DNA of 64,000 nt from Zygnema circumcarinatum SAG 698-1b (GCA_037447605.1 CM074811.1:310001-374000); one strand, 5' to 3'. Positions 21,749-34,155 are shown, counted from the stretch's first letter. The notes: a model not told the origin generated them from the sequence alone. Program-made: numbers and translations.

Positions 21749-23659
21749 GCGACGGGATACCCTATTTTTGCTGCATACGATGCACTCTCGGAGGCTTACA
21801 TTTCTGCCTGCCTGCCGACAAATGGTCACGATCACCCTCATTAGGGTAGTGTAGGTTCGAGCAGCGGATGCTCCTTAATCTACATCGTCCTGGAGCCCGG
21901 ACTATGTAAATGCTCATGAGAGGGGCTGCCACGCGTTGCTGTATGGGATTTGCCACCGTCTGTAGTCCTTTGTTAAGTGCAGCCTGGAGAGTTCTGTAGG
22001 ATCTTTTGCTGAAGCCTGCAGACCTGCTTTCAAGCTGTTAAGGGGCTCTTCGGGCTAATGATATTCAAATAATATGGCCGAGATTTCTCTATTATTGAAT
22101 ATCTTTTGAGTGCTTCTTGGCTTGACTGATCCAAAGTAGTCAATACCGTATGCTGCATTGCAAGCTACTTGGCTTGTACCGAAATCCGGTGATTCGATCT
22201 TCGGACGTGAAAGTGCCTTCTTTTTTGCACTGCATATCTCAGACGAATGGAGGTGTTTCCGTCCTTTCAATGAATCAAATATGGTCGACAGTCACTGTGA
22301 TATCATTGTGTTGTCCTGACTTCAACGGAGCAAACTCTAAGCATGTCGTATTGAGACAGTTGCCGATGATATACTATCCCATGAATGATCCAACCGATCT
22401 CTCAGGAGACAATTCCACTTTTGCTTCTTAACAAAAGTGTTTTTAAAGTAATACAGGTTTTGTAGCTTGGGTTTCTTTTCGGAGTCTTCTTTCTGACGAT
22501 TTTCTGGCTTTTCCATCGAGGGGATGTATCTAAGCAATGTTTTCACATGGGCTATTTGGATTGATTTGTTAGGTTAGTCGGCGATGATGCGCTGGATCAC
22601 TTGTCTATGATTTTGCTTTATCTGGATTTGGAGATATGATGTGCTGGTGGAGGTTTGGTCCCCGCTGCCTGAAGTCTTTCACACACGCCTGCATGAGAAT
22701 TATCTGTAATTGCTGCAGAATGGACGAAAGGGCTGCAAATGTTGGATTGCATCAATGCTGGTAGGCTTCCTGGATTTGATGGCGGAAGGGTAATGGTTTC
22801 ACCTTTCTGAAAGTGCCGTCAGTCTTGAAAAGAGTAAATTAATAAAATGAACGCAGAGTTACAAATTCTCGTCTATGTTGAGCTAAGTATCCGCTTGTTC
22901 TGGGAACGAATGCCAATGACGCCCTAAAAAGCAGAGCATCCGAAGAACACCTTTCAGCGGTTCCGTTCTTCAATCGACCTGGAGGAGGAAGAATTTAGCA
23001 TTCAACCCTAAAAGCTCGTGCCTTTGCAACAAGTGGAACTTGCTGCCTGTTGTTGCTTGACATTCGATAGGAAAATCTCGTAAAATGTTTAAAAAGAAAA
23101 CAAGACAAGAGAATCTAAAACAAGAGAAAAACATTATGAATTAAGATGGTGGCTTTTGCAAAGTGATTTTCGGAACAGTATTCACATGTGCGAAACTTTG
23201 AAAAAAAAAATAACTTTTTCGCACCACGACTGTGCTTCGCTGAACATTACTTTATTAGGAACTCAGGAGTGACATTTTCTTAAAAAGGTTCTGAATCGGC
23301 CCAATTGGTTATGAAAGTATTTACCAAACTGTGTACACAAAGTCTAGAAAAAAAAAGGGCGGGTAGAACGGGCAGAGGGAAAAATAATAAGTTTTTTTAA
23401 ACTTAAAAAATGGGCCGACAAAGTGCAATGATTACGATCGTTACAAGGGCCGCGAAATTAGTGAGTCGTTTTTTGAAACAGCATGTTGTAAATAATTACA
23501 AGTTTGGCCCGCCAGCTGGGCCTGCACTGCAGAGCTTCAAACTGGTGCTTGTCCAACTACAGGATCGCTCCTCTGCTCGTGAGGTAAAGGCTTATGTCTG
23601 TTGGCATTATAGATAGATAGATATTCACTCGCAGGAAAAGTGTTGCTGGAAAAGACGAC

Positions 23660-26600
23660 ATGAACAGTCTCTCGATGAGGTCGGACTCATACATGTCGGC
23701 TGGAAGTCACGATCATATGGCTGGGCAGGACGATCTTCAGGATGCATACTTATCCGAGCTTTTGTCATACAGTCTGGAAAGACTAAACAAGGTTAGCTTC
23801 TGTTAGCTCGCTTGCTTTCATTCGCTTTTGCAGTTTAGCAGATGGTTTATTTTTATTTTTCAGATACCCTTTCAGATTACCCTGGTTGTCAGGGTTGATG
23901 ACGGACACTCTTAATGTGGATCCTGAAAGGCTTCACGTGTCACTTACCTGCTGCAGGAGCCTGAGCTGTTAAGATCAGATGCAGAACGTGTACGCCGGCA
24001 AATGCAGGAAGTTGCAGTTGAGCATTACCGTGCGTTCATCACTGCAGCAGAAGCTGTTCAGTTGATCAGACAAGAAACGACTGCTGTGGATCACCATTTG
24101 GATAAGCTGGTAAGTAGCTTCAGTAGCAGAAAGTCGAGGTTGTGGACTGTCCACGCTCTCCCCCCCCATTAACTTACTATCTTCATACACATAGGTTGGC
24201 ATACTTGGTGCCACATTTTTTTTTGTTTTTTCATGAACGGCATTTGAGGTTGGCTTGGAAATTGAATTTTGGATATTGACTTCTCCATGCAGATAGCAGA
24301 AATCCCAAAGCTTACTGCTGGATGCAACCAGTTCATGGAAGAAGCACAGATGATTGTCGAAAAACGGAAGCTTAATCGGACTATGCTTGCAAATCACCCG
24401 ACACTCCTCGAGATTTTGGAGATACCACAATTGATGGACACGTAAGAACTCTTATATTCAAAGCAATGAATAGGTTTACTAAGTATGACCTACATTTGGC
24501 TGGACTCTCATCTCCCTTCGGTATTGGTGGCGGTGATAGCAAAGGGTGTAAATGCATGTATTTCAAACTTCGCAGATACGTTCTCAAACTTTTGGGTTAG
24601 ATGGAAAAGGGTGACAAAAGCATGAGGGACTAGGTCCGTTCTGCTCGAATGAGCATCAATGTTGTAAACGACAAAGAATATTCTGTGCTGCCCCCTACCT
24701 TGAAATCCTCCATATTCAGAGAAACTGTTGCAAGTAGGTTCCGTCAGTAGCGGACGTTTTCCTGGTTCTTGCTGTTGAGCTTACCAGATTGAATTTTGGG
24801 GACGGGCTTGGCAAGCAGGTGTGTAAGGAACGGGAACTACGATGAAGCGCTGGAGCTGGAGGCTCTTGTCTCCAAGCTTGCCACTATGCACTCCAAGTAA
24901 GACTTGGGAATCATCATTTAATCTTGGTTTAATTGCTAGCTGAACTACAATGTCCAGTCATGGATGCTCTGGAAGTACAGATCGTTAATTTGTATCCACG
25001 AGGTTTAATAATTGACGAGGTTCAACTAAAACCCTAAAAATCCTACATACCCTAAGGACAAGATTGAGTCCTCTCTGGAATGCCTTCTCTGATGCCTGTT
25101 ATCCACTCTTCCACCTTGCTGATCATGGGTAGGTTGCCGGTTATTCAGTCGCTTGCTGACGATGTCAGACAAACTACGCAAGCCATGTTGCAACAATTAC
25201 TGCAACGTTTGCGATCCAAGATACAGGTGATTTTCTGCATACAAGCCATCGCTGTCTGTTTGGCAGGAAAATCTGCACAATATATGCTCACCTTCCTTTT
25301 GTTTCAAAGTCTGGTCCTCTTAGTCCTTGAAAGATTGAGTTTCAGAACTATCGAGGGCTGCAGCTCGTTTGAATCTTTGCCGGGAAGAGATGAGGGACCT
25401 GAAAATGCTTCACATGATGGTCAGCAGGTTTGGCATTTTGGAAATGCTTCATCAAGATTTGATGAAAGAGAGAAAAGGTTGTCTATTTTTGAAAGTCCTT
25501 TGAAGCCGAAATCGCCTTTTGGTGGTTGTTGCCGTGTCACAGTTACCAGAATGCTTGCGAGTGATTGCTTATTTGAGACGACTAGCAGTTTTCAGTGAAC
25601 ATGACATGCGACTTCAGGTAAAGTCCCTTCCCTCTGTGAAAATTCAGCATCATGTTCATGCCACGTCCCTTTTGCAAGTTTAAATTGAAAGGAAGCTGAC
25701 CTATCCCTCTCGATTTCTCCCTAACTGCGTTTTTTAATGGCGCTGCAGTTCTTACGCTGTCGGGAGGCATGGCTAGCTGAAGTCATCGATGATATTGACA
25801 AATCTAACCCCTACGATTACTTGAAAAGGATGACTGATTGTCATCGTGAGCAGCTCTTCGATGTGGTCACACAATATAGGGCCATATTTGCTGATGACTC
25901 ATCGAATCAGGAGGACAATTCCGACGGGGGTCTCCTTTACAGCTGGGCCATGCATAGGGTATCGTCATATCTGTCAGTTTTGGGGTCCACCCTGCCTAAG
26001 ATTACAGATGGCAGCTCGCTTGCAAGTGTACTGGACCACTGCATGGTGAGCTCCGATCTTCTTCTTGTTGCATGCCTCGTTCTAAAGATGATAAGCTGCT
26101 TTAGGCCTGCCAGATGCTGCAGAAAAGGAAAGTGCTCTTCTGAATTGGGATGTATTTTCTGTTATGAGTGATTTTTGCAGTATTGTGGCATGAGTTTGGG
26201 ACGAGTAGGGCTTGACTTCCGAGGTTTGTTGCCTCCGTTGTTCGAATTGTAAGTTCCTCTTTTCCGATCAGATCAGTAACAAATGACCGATGTAGCTGCT
26301 CCCTATTCTTTGCAAGTACCGATTAGTTAGTGGTTCTCGGTTTTTATGTGTATTTGCTGATTTAGGGACACCTTCTTTTCCTCTCCTCACGGTCAAGCCC
26401 CTGAATTCTGTTGATGCTGGGAGCTTCGATGGATCAGTAATCTTCTGTACGGACTAATTCCAGCTAATGTTTTTTCCAAGATCTAATGCGAGGGTTAACA
26501 TAATCTTGACTGCTTTAGCTCAGTTGTTGTCGTTCGCATGTTTCAGGTGCGTTCAGAACTTGTTCATTAGTAACATTTCGCTTGCCGTGGAGACATTTCA

Positions 26601-28733
26601 GGTAATCTCAAGAATTTTAAGTAGGCACTAGGTGTCAACCAAGGTTGTGTTTCATGACAGTTCTCTCACAGAGCTGCTCTTCCTTTCGCAGTACTCGAGC
26701 CATCCCCTTATGGATAAAGGTGTTTTGTCAGTAGGCCGATTCATTTCATGTCGTTGAGAACGTGCCCTTGGACTCATCGTTTTCAAAATAGAGAAGGCTA
26801 AATATGGACTAACTCGGACCGAGCTATTTCTGTTTGACAGCACACATTGGACTTGCATCGTTGGGTGCCATTGCCTCCGATGGGCTCGGCGGGCCGGTCT
26901 AGCAGTGGAGATAACGCATTGGAAGATGTGGCTCCTCCATACTCACTCATGGAACACCCTCCCCTGGCTGCGTTTGTTAATGGTGAGTTTCTAAATTGAA
27001 ACTGGATGGTTCACCCTTCGAATTAGTCTGAACAAACTGCGAAGAACACAACTGTGTCGGAGCATGTAAACACTCTCAAAAAGAAAAAAAGAAAAAAAAA
27101 GAAGAAAGAAAATAGAAAGAAAGAAGAAGAAGAAGTCTAGGGGAGCGCAAGCACGTGCATGTCGAGTCTTAGATGGAAGATGACAAACTACTATCTTTTC
27201 TCCTGTTTCGCTTAGCAACATTCATCTGAAGAGATCTTGCACAAATATGCACCTTTTCAGCGCGTCATTTCTGTGGAAGGTTCATTCTAACTACTTGATG
27301 TTGTACTTGATGTTCATTAGTTTCTTTATTCAGGTTATCTCAACCTTGGTTGTATGCTGATGGCAGGTATTTTGGCTTCGCTGAATCAATTGAGACACTG
27401 TGCTCCAACCTCTCTGAAGAGTATTTTGGCAGTTCAAGTTCAGTGTGCTCTGCAGAGTGTGGGAGACATGCTCCTGCGATACCACGACACTCGAATAGGG
27501 CGAGATTCCGAAACGAGTCTCTTTCTGTCCATGTGCAAATCGTTTATCGAGGTTTGTATGATGTCGGACTTAAGCCGATGCTCTATAATTTCTAGTTCTA
27601 ATCAGTTGAGATTCACTTGAGTCAAATTGCAGTTTCTCTGATGGTTTATACATCGCAGTTCTTCAGTTTGCTTGTGCGGATCATTCTTGTGTCCGACCAT
27701 TCCTTATGACTTTTTCAATCCAAGGAATTGAAAAAGATGCCAATAGTCCAGCTCTCAATGCGTACCCACACTGCTAAATAACCACAGCTTATTTAACCTC
27801 AAACGGATGAATTCAAGAAATTTCCCTCCCACTCGCTCTCTCTCCTGTGAAGTTTTACTCTTTTCTCCCCCGCATTTCCCCTCGTTCACACTCTCCGGCT
27901 CTCTCTCCCCCACTTTCCCTGTTCGATTAATTATCCATTCTTGTTGTTATTGTCTTTATTCATTTTTTTCCTCTTCATCTCAGAATAGTACAATAGCTGA
28001 TATTGGAGAAGCCATTCCTATCTACAGGTTGTCTGCCCATACTGTGCTCTCTGCTTTGGACGTTGCTACCCTGGAGGGGCTTCTCTGGTGGACGTGAGAG
28101 GAGTCACAGAGCCCGTACGGCGGCTGGTGTTGGCGAGCCTCCCTCCCCCGGAGGACAATGAAGCGGTCCCTGCGGATGAAGATGGCATGGAGGATGGAGA
28201 AGACGGGGCAGTGGGCGAGGCAGAAGGTTCAACACCCCAAGAGGCAGCTGCAGGGCCGCCTTCCTCAGGTAAGCTGCAGGGGGGGAAAAGAACAACGAAA
28301 CTCTTTGTATGATGCACACCCCTCCACGCCCCCCTTTGTTTTCTCTCCTTCCCTTTCTCCCTCCTCTCTCTCTCTCTCTCTGCCCCTCCCCACTCTTCCT
28401 TTCTCTACAGCCATCTCCCTCCCTCTCCCTCTCGTTTTCTTTCCCCTGTCTCTCTCTCACACGTCCCACTCCCGCCCTTCCCAGCCGTCTCTTGCTCTAA
28501 TTGATACTATTGCAAATGTTTCCTGTGTTCCAGATAACGGCGCTGCAGTAGAGGATGAGCGAACCAATGGACATGAAAAACCAAATTTAGAACGCTCTAG
28601 TCACGATGCGCAGAATGGCAGCAATATGGGTGGGATACAGATTGGGTTGAGAGAGAAAGGGGACGATAGAGACGGCGGAATGACGGAAAAGAGGGCTCTA
28701 TTGCCCCGCCCGGCACATGTTGCTGGAAGGTGA
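23660..28733 (+). CDS. COG8: Conserved oligomeric Golgi complex subunit 8; multi-exon
   Basis: [15 protein letters not shown]|[31 protein letters not shown]; EIPQLMDT|[14 protein letters not shown]; [13 protein letters not shown]; [11 protein letters not shown]; [12 protein letters not shown]; [13 protein letters not shown]; [13 protein letters not shown]. The last exon (28534-28733) is low-conservation, so the stop position is less certain. Confidence 0.93.
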
Positions 28734-29308
28734 TGGTCTGCCATGGCTGTCTCCAGGAAGAGCTATTTAACCAACTGCCTTCTCGGAGTGTCTCTCTCTC
28801 CCTCCTTTCAAGGGTAGAGTGTAGAAGATATGTTTATTGGTTAGGAGGCTTCATGGGGTCTTCCCGCAGTCACCCTCCCTTGTTTGACTCCATTTTTTGG
28901 AAAGTGCCCAGGTTGGCGGCGAGAAGCTTGTCAAGGTTTTGCGGAAACGTGTGGTTTTTAGTCGCGGAGAAGGGGTTCAGGCTAGTGGTGGCAAATTCTC
29001 GGCCAAGGGCGTGTAAATTATTTCCGGGTTTTTGTCAGCCACTCCGAAATTCCTTAAGATCGAAATTCAGCCAAGTAATATTTTGCTAATTTGAAAATAG
29101 TAGCCACGTACTTCCAACTAAATTGCCGAATTTTTTCGTGATGTTTGGCTAACACGAGCCAAAGAGAGATTTCGGTTTATGACCCTACTCGCTAGGTTTC
29201 TGTTCGGTGGCAGCCTCTCCTGCTACGTTCTGAATTTGATTACTCATGTCGTCAGAATAGGGGGGGGTCAGACATTGACCATGGCCGTTCTAAATACCCG
29301 AATTTAAT

Positions 29309-29598
29309 GGAGAACTATATACCGCCCCCCTTTTTTTGGTTATCCCGCCACCGTTTTTTTGAAATCCGACCCTCCCATTTCGGCTATTCTGCCCCCTATT
29401 TTGAAATATCCCGCCCCCCCCATTTTGGATATTTTCCCCCCCCCGATTTCTCCTTCTCACACATCAGCGCAACGTTCGAGAGAGAGAGCAACGGAGAGAA
29501 AGAGAGTGAGCACAGGAGTGAGAGCAAAGGAGAGAGAGACTAGAGTAGAGAGCACAGGAGAGAGCAAAGGAGAGAAGGCTAGAGGAGAGAGAGCAGAG

Positions 29599-29635
<37 letters not shown>

Positions 29636-30633
29636 CAGAGTGAGAGTAGAGGAGAGAGACTACAGGAGAGAGCAAAGGAGAGAGAGTATAGAGGAGAGAG
29701 AAAGAGCAGAGGAGTGAGAGTAGAGGAGAGAGAGACTAGAGGGGAGAGCAAAGGAGCGAGAGAATGAGCAGAGGAGAGAGAGAGTGTGAGTAGAGGAGTG
29801 AGAGCAAAGGGGAGAGAGACTAGAGGAGAGAGCACAGGAGAGAAAAAAGGAGAGAGAGAGAATGAGCAGAGGAGAAAGAGTAGAGGAGAGAAAGACTAGA
29901 GGAGAGAGAGCAGTGGAGAGATATTCCTCTTCTTATTACTCTCTTCCAGACCTCTGTCCTCGTAGGTCCCCCGGCTAAAGCATTGCAGGTAGAGTCGGCG
30001 GCTATCGCTATGCTTGCCGATCTTGATGTGAAATCCTTCCTTCTTGTAGTGCAAGAAGGAAGGATTCTTCTTATGTCTTCTTCTTGTACAAGCTCATCGC
30101 GAGTCTTATACTCAGTCATTTGTGTGGAAATTGCAAACCGAGAGGAAGAAGGGAAGGGAGGGGTGGGCAGGAGAGGGCAGGGGAGGGAAGGGGAGGGGAG
30201 GGGAGAGGACGGGAGGGGAGGGCAGGGAAGGGGAGGGGGAGGGGAGGGGGAGGGGAGGGGAGAGGACGGGAGGGGAGGGCAGGGGAGGGGGAGGGCAGGG
30301 CAGGGGAGGGGAGGGGAGAGGACGGGAGGGGAGGGCAGGGACGGGAGGGAGGGGAGGGGAGGGAGGGCAGGGGAGGGCAGGGAAGGGGAGGGAAGGGGAG
30401 GGGGAGGGGAGGGGGAGGGCAGGGGAGGGGAGGGGAGGGGAGGGGAGGGGGAGGGCAGGGGAGGGGAGGGGAGAGGACGGGAGGGGCGGGAAAGAAATAT
30501 TCAAAACAGGGGGGCGATCTCCTCCCGAAATATCCAAAATGGGGGAGGGGGGCAGAATAGCCGAAATGGGAGGGTCGGATTTCAAAAAAACGGTGGCGGG
30601 ATAACCAAAAAGGGGGGCGGTATATAGTTCTCC
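29309..30633 (-). mobile_element. Non-autonomous Mutator-like DNA transposon (MULE), 1325 bp
   Basis: About 89-bp TIRs (29309-29397 and 30546-30633) that differ only in homopolymer lengths and begin GGAGAACTATATACCG. Perfect 9-bp target-site duplication GAATTTAAT at 29300-29308 and 30634-30642. Confidence 0.92.
29920..30119 (-). pseudogene. Frameshifted, truncated remnant of a MULE transposase N-terminal (FAR1/WRKY-GCM1-like) domain
   Basis: MTEYKTRDELVQ..., then in a shifted frame HYKKEGFHIKIGKHSDSRRLYLQCFSRGTYEDRGLEESNKKR, resembling the F.t.eel...GF.i.i..s....l.C.rgG.Y...kR pattern. It lies inside the MULE TIRs. Confidence 0.55.
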
Positions 30634-30696
30634 GAATTTAATATACTAAAAGTTAAAGTTTCGATTACGAATTCCGGGTCGGGATCCGCGGCTCCG

Positions 30697-31091
30697 CCGT
30701 ACACAGGCAGTACCGAAATGCGTGCCTACCCAATGCTTAATTCGCCCGACAGGCTTAATTGATTCGGCCATGTGTTAAGTCTGACCCCCCCTAATGTAAT
30801 AAGACGAAGTTTGTGGCTCTTTCAAGGTCCGTCATCCGATGACTACATGCCTCCATGCATGTGGCACGTCCTGTCACGTGTTAAACCAACGTTGTTCCAC
30901 ATGCTCAGGCGTCACGTCACGTCACGTCATGTCATAACACATCATACCATGTCATGTCATGCATTGCTACACATGGCCCTCATACGTGTCAACATCTGAC
31001 GGGTGGACACGCCCACAAGATGACACTTTCCGTACAAAGTTCCGCAGTTCCGTATTCCGTAAATCCGTTACCTGTACGGCCTCTTGTACGG
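30697..31091. promoter_or_regulatory. Cluster of CCGTAC (SBP/SPL-type, GTAC-core) sites upstream of the O-methyltransferase
   Basis: CCGTAC at 30697 and 31030 (CCGTACAA); reverse complement at 31074 and 31086 (TTGTACGG); near-matches ccgtat, ccgtaa and ccgtta in between. Confidence 0.45.
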
Positions 31092-31573
31092 CCCTGCAAG
31101 AGCAAGAGGGAGCAAGAGCGTCTGCAAGCCACAGTGGACCTTCAAAAAAGGGCAAAACCCTAACCATTTTGGCGTAATTGCATTGGGATTTGCAGCCTGA
31201 ATTTGGTCGAAATTTGAAGGAAAAGGAGAGGAGACGCCTCGACGGAGATTTAAGACGGTATGAGCATGAACTGGCGATCTCTCTCTATCTCACATGGCGC
31301 TCTTTGCATCGGTGAGGATTTTAGCCTTTTAGGGTTGTGGAGCTTGTCGAGTCTGAAGCGATCATGTCGTTTGCACAATCTGAATCTTCATGACTTCTGG
31401 GGTTTCTGTTGGAATCGTTTCTGTTTCTCTCATGCCTTCGTAAAATGTATCTGAACCAAAGGAAAGGCGCCTCCCTTGTCGACGTGCATGCACGGATTGC
31501 GTCCTCTCCTCTCATCTCTCCGCTTCACTTCTCCCATTTTGTTGTGCAGCTCGTGAGCTCCCTCTGAAGATTC

Positions 31574-34155
31574 ATGGCTATCAACAGCTTCCTTCCTCCT
31601 CGGATCCTCTTCCGTCCACTCGTGTGGCTATGGGAGCTCCTCCACCGCCTGCTTATGGCGTGTCTGCCTCCTGACGCTCGCCTTGCTCGCCAGCTGGCAG
31701 CTTTCTGGCTCTCAGACAGTCTCTACGTCGCCGTACGACTGGGAATCCCTGATATTTTGGCGGATGGCGTAAAAGATGCGCACGACATAGCGGAGGTGAG
31801 AGGCATGTGGAATTTCATCGATGGGTCTAGGTCCCTCTTTGATCGAGGGAGAGAAAGTTGCAGGGGAAAGTGGCCGTCGACTCATTGTGTTCAGAATTGA
31901 TGGGCGGTTGTAAGGGAGAAGGCGTCGGTTTAAGGAGGGACAGAGTGGTGAAGTCGATTAGAGATGAGAGCATCAAGAAGGGAAGACGCATGGGAGACCT
32001 CTCTCCCCCTCCCACACACACGAGAGACAAGAGATTCCACCACGCAAAGGAGGGGAGGGGGAGAGATCTTGAGCCTAACTTCGTGGCTAATGTATTGCCT
32101 TTTTGAGCTGGTGATCTTCGCAGAAAATAGAGGGTGCAGTGGATGAGCAGAGCTTACTGCGCCTGTTGCGCTTTCTGGCAGCCAATGACGTCCTCACGTG
32201 CGATAGAAATGGCCGATTTGGCCTCACTCGCTCCTCAACTCTTCTCTGCACCGGACCTTACTCCGTTTCCCCTATTGCGCTCACCATGAATGACCGAAAG
32301 GACCATCGCATCGGTGAGTTATGTTAAGAAGTTTTCAAACCATGCCTGCCAGCCTGAGGTGTGTGCAGCTGAGCGGCCCTTTTGGCTTATACTGAAAAAA
32401 AAATGGTGTTGACGTGCTATTTCTCTCTCCTCTTCCTCCCCCGCTTCCCCCCGCCCTCGTTCTCTCTTCCTCTCCCTCTCCCGCCTTTCCTCTCCCCCTT
32501 CCCCACCCCGTTTTCCCTTTATCTTCTCTTTCTCGTATCACTCTCCTGTCTCCCTCCTCCTCGTTTCCCCTCTTCCGTCCTCTCTCCCCCTCTCTCTCTT
32601 ACACTCTCTCTCTCCCTTCCCCCCCCTAAATGCAGGCTGGTCACATTTGGAAGAAGCTGTCCGAACGGGCATTCCTGGCTTTGTGCATGGGGCGAAAAAA
32701 ACTTTATGGGAGTTTTACGACGAGAATCTAGAACTTAGTCGGAGGGCAGATTCGGCCTTCAGTTCAGGTCTGCAGCCGGAGATGGTGCCACTCATGTGCG
32801 ACTTTGACTGGTCAACAATCAGGTCAGGGGGGTCTCTTGCTCCTTGAAAGTGGCTAGCAAAATAGTTAAGTTTTGGATGAAAGGGAATGGAAGAGGAAAA
32901 GCGGGGCTGTGATTCGGGGTTTGTTTTAAGGTGTTCGCTTTCACCCTCTTTGTTTGGTCAATTTTTCTACCGGCCTTTTTCCCACAATCTTAGCAGCACT
33001 CTCCACTACTTCAATAGTTCATTCCCCTTTTTCTTCTCTTTCACTCTCTCTGCATCATCTCGTCCCATCCAGTCTCCTCACTTTCCTCGTTCTCTTTTCC
33101 CATCGTCTTCAGTACTCTTTCAGTTCCTATTCGTTCACTGTTTTCTTACTCTCACATTCTTCCCCTCTCACCTCCCCTCCACCCTTTTCAACCCTTCTAC
33201 TACACCCTCGGCCGCTGTCGCACCCACTGTTTTCCTTGCTTTCTACCCTCCCTCCCTCTCTCCCCCATTTCCCCCGCACCCTCTGCAGCGCTCTATCTCT
33301 CTTCCTCGTCCCTGCTCGTGCTAGTTACTCATCCCTTTAATCTTCTTCTTTATTCTTTCCGTTGGAAGCAGGTCCATTGTGGACGTTGGAGGTGGAATTG
33401 GAAGTTTCGTGAAAGAGCTCATCGAACGCTATCCTTCTCTCAAAAATAACGCAGTTGTATTTGATCGGCAGGTCGTCGTCGGAGGCATTGACCCTCTTGA
33501 AGCTTCAGCATATGGCTTTTTAGTTCAAGCAGGTAAGCACCTGTGATAGGGAGATAGGGATAGGGATAGGGATAGGGAGATAGGGAGATAGGGATAGGGA
33601 GATGATGTGATGATGATGATGATGATGATGATGAAATGTGATAGGGAATTTGCTATGTAGCCCCTTGTCTTAACCTACGGACAAAGAGGGACAGTCTCCT
33701 GAATGCAACGGAGACATAGAGATGGCATAGACTCCTTCGTAATAAGATGTTTCAATTCTTTCGATGATAGTGTGGTTTTGTCTTATGGTTGAGCAGGCAG
33801 TTTCTTTGACAACGTGAAGCCTCCTGGGGCGGACGCTTACGTGTTAAAGCACATTCTCCACGACTGGAACGACTTGGAATGCGTTGCCATTCTTCGCCAA
33901 GTGAAGGAGGCAATGAGGACAAACCCAATAGCGAAACTCCTCATAATCGACATTGTACTGGAGGGACCCTCTGACCCTTTCAACATCTACAAGACGGGCA
34001 TGGACATGAACATGTTGGCTATGTGTTCCGGCCATGAGAGGACATTGCAAGAATGGGACCGTCTCCTTCGCGATGCAGGCATGGTTAGGGTTAAGCTCCA
34101 CACTCTGAGGACAATTACGAGCATCATCGAAGCACAGGTGAAGGAGGCGACGTAA
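31574..34155 (+). CDS. SAM-dependent class II O-methyltransferase (dimerisation domain plus Methyltransf_2); 5 exons
   Basis: LYVAVRLGIPDILADG...|KIEGAVDEQSLLRLLRFLAANDVL..RNGRFGLT (winged-helix dimerisation domain); SAM motif IVDVGGGIG; GSFFD; YVLKHILHDWND (catalytic His); MDMNMLAMCSGHERTLQEW. Four GT-AG introns keep the frame. Confidence 0.93.

Larger units (their letters stand above)
29260..30791. mobile_element. Older MITE-like non-autonomous element (about 200 bp of its own sequence, 27-bp imperfect TIRs, TA flanks), interrupted by the MULE
   Basis: Left end ta|GGGGGGGGTCAGAC-attgac-CATGGCCG; right end read as reverse complement ta|GGGGGGGTCAGAC-ttaaca-CATGGCCG. TA lies on both outer sides. 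Confidence 0.6.

Noticed and set aside
29983-30627. Gly/Arg/Glu-rich ORFs of 157-214 aa
   Set aside because: Products of GGGGA repeats inside the MULE.
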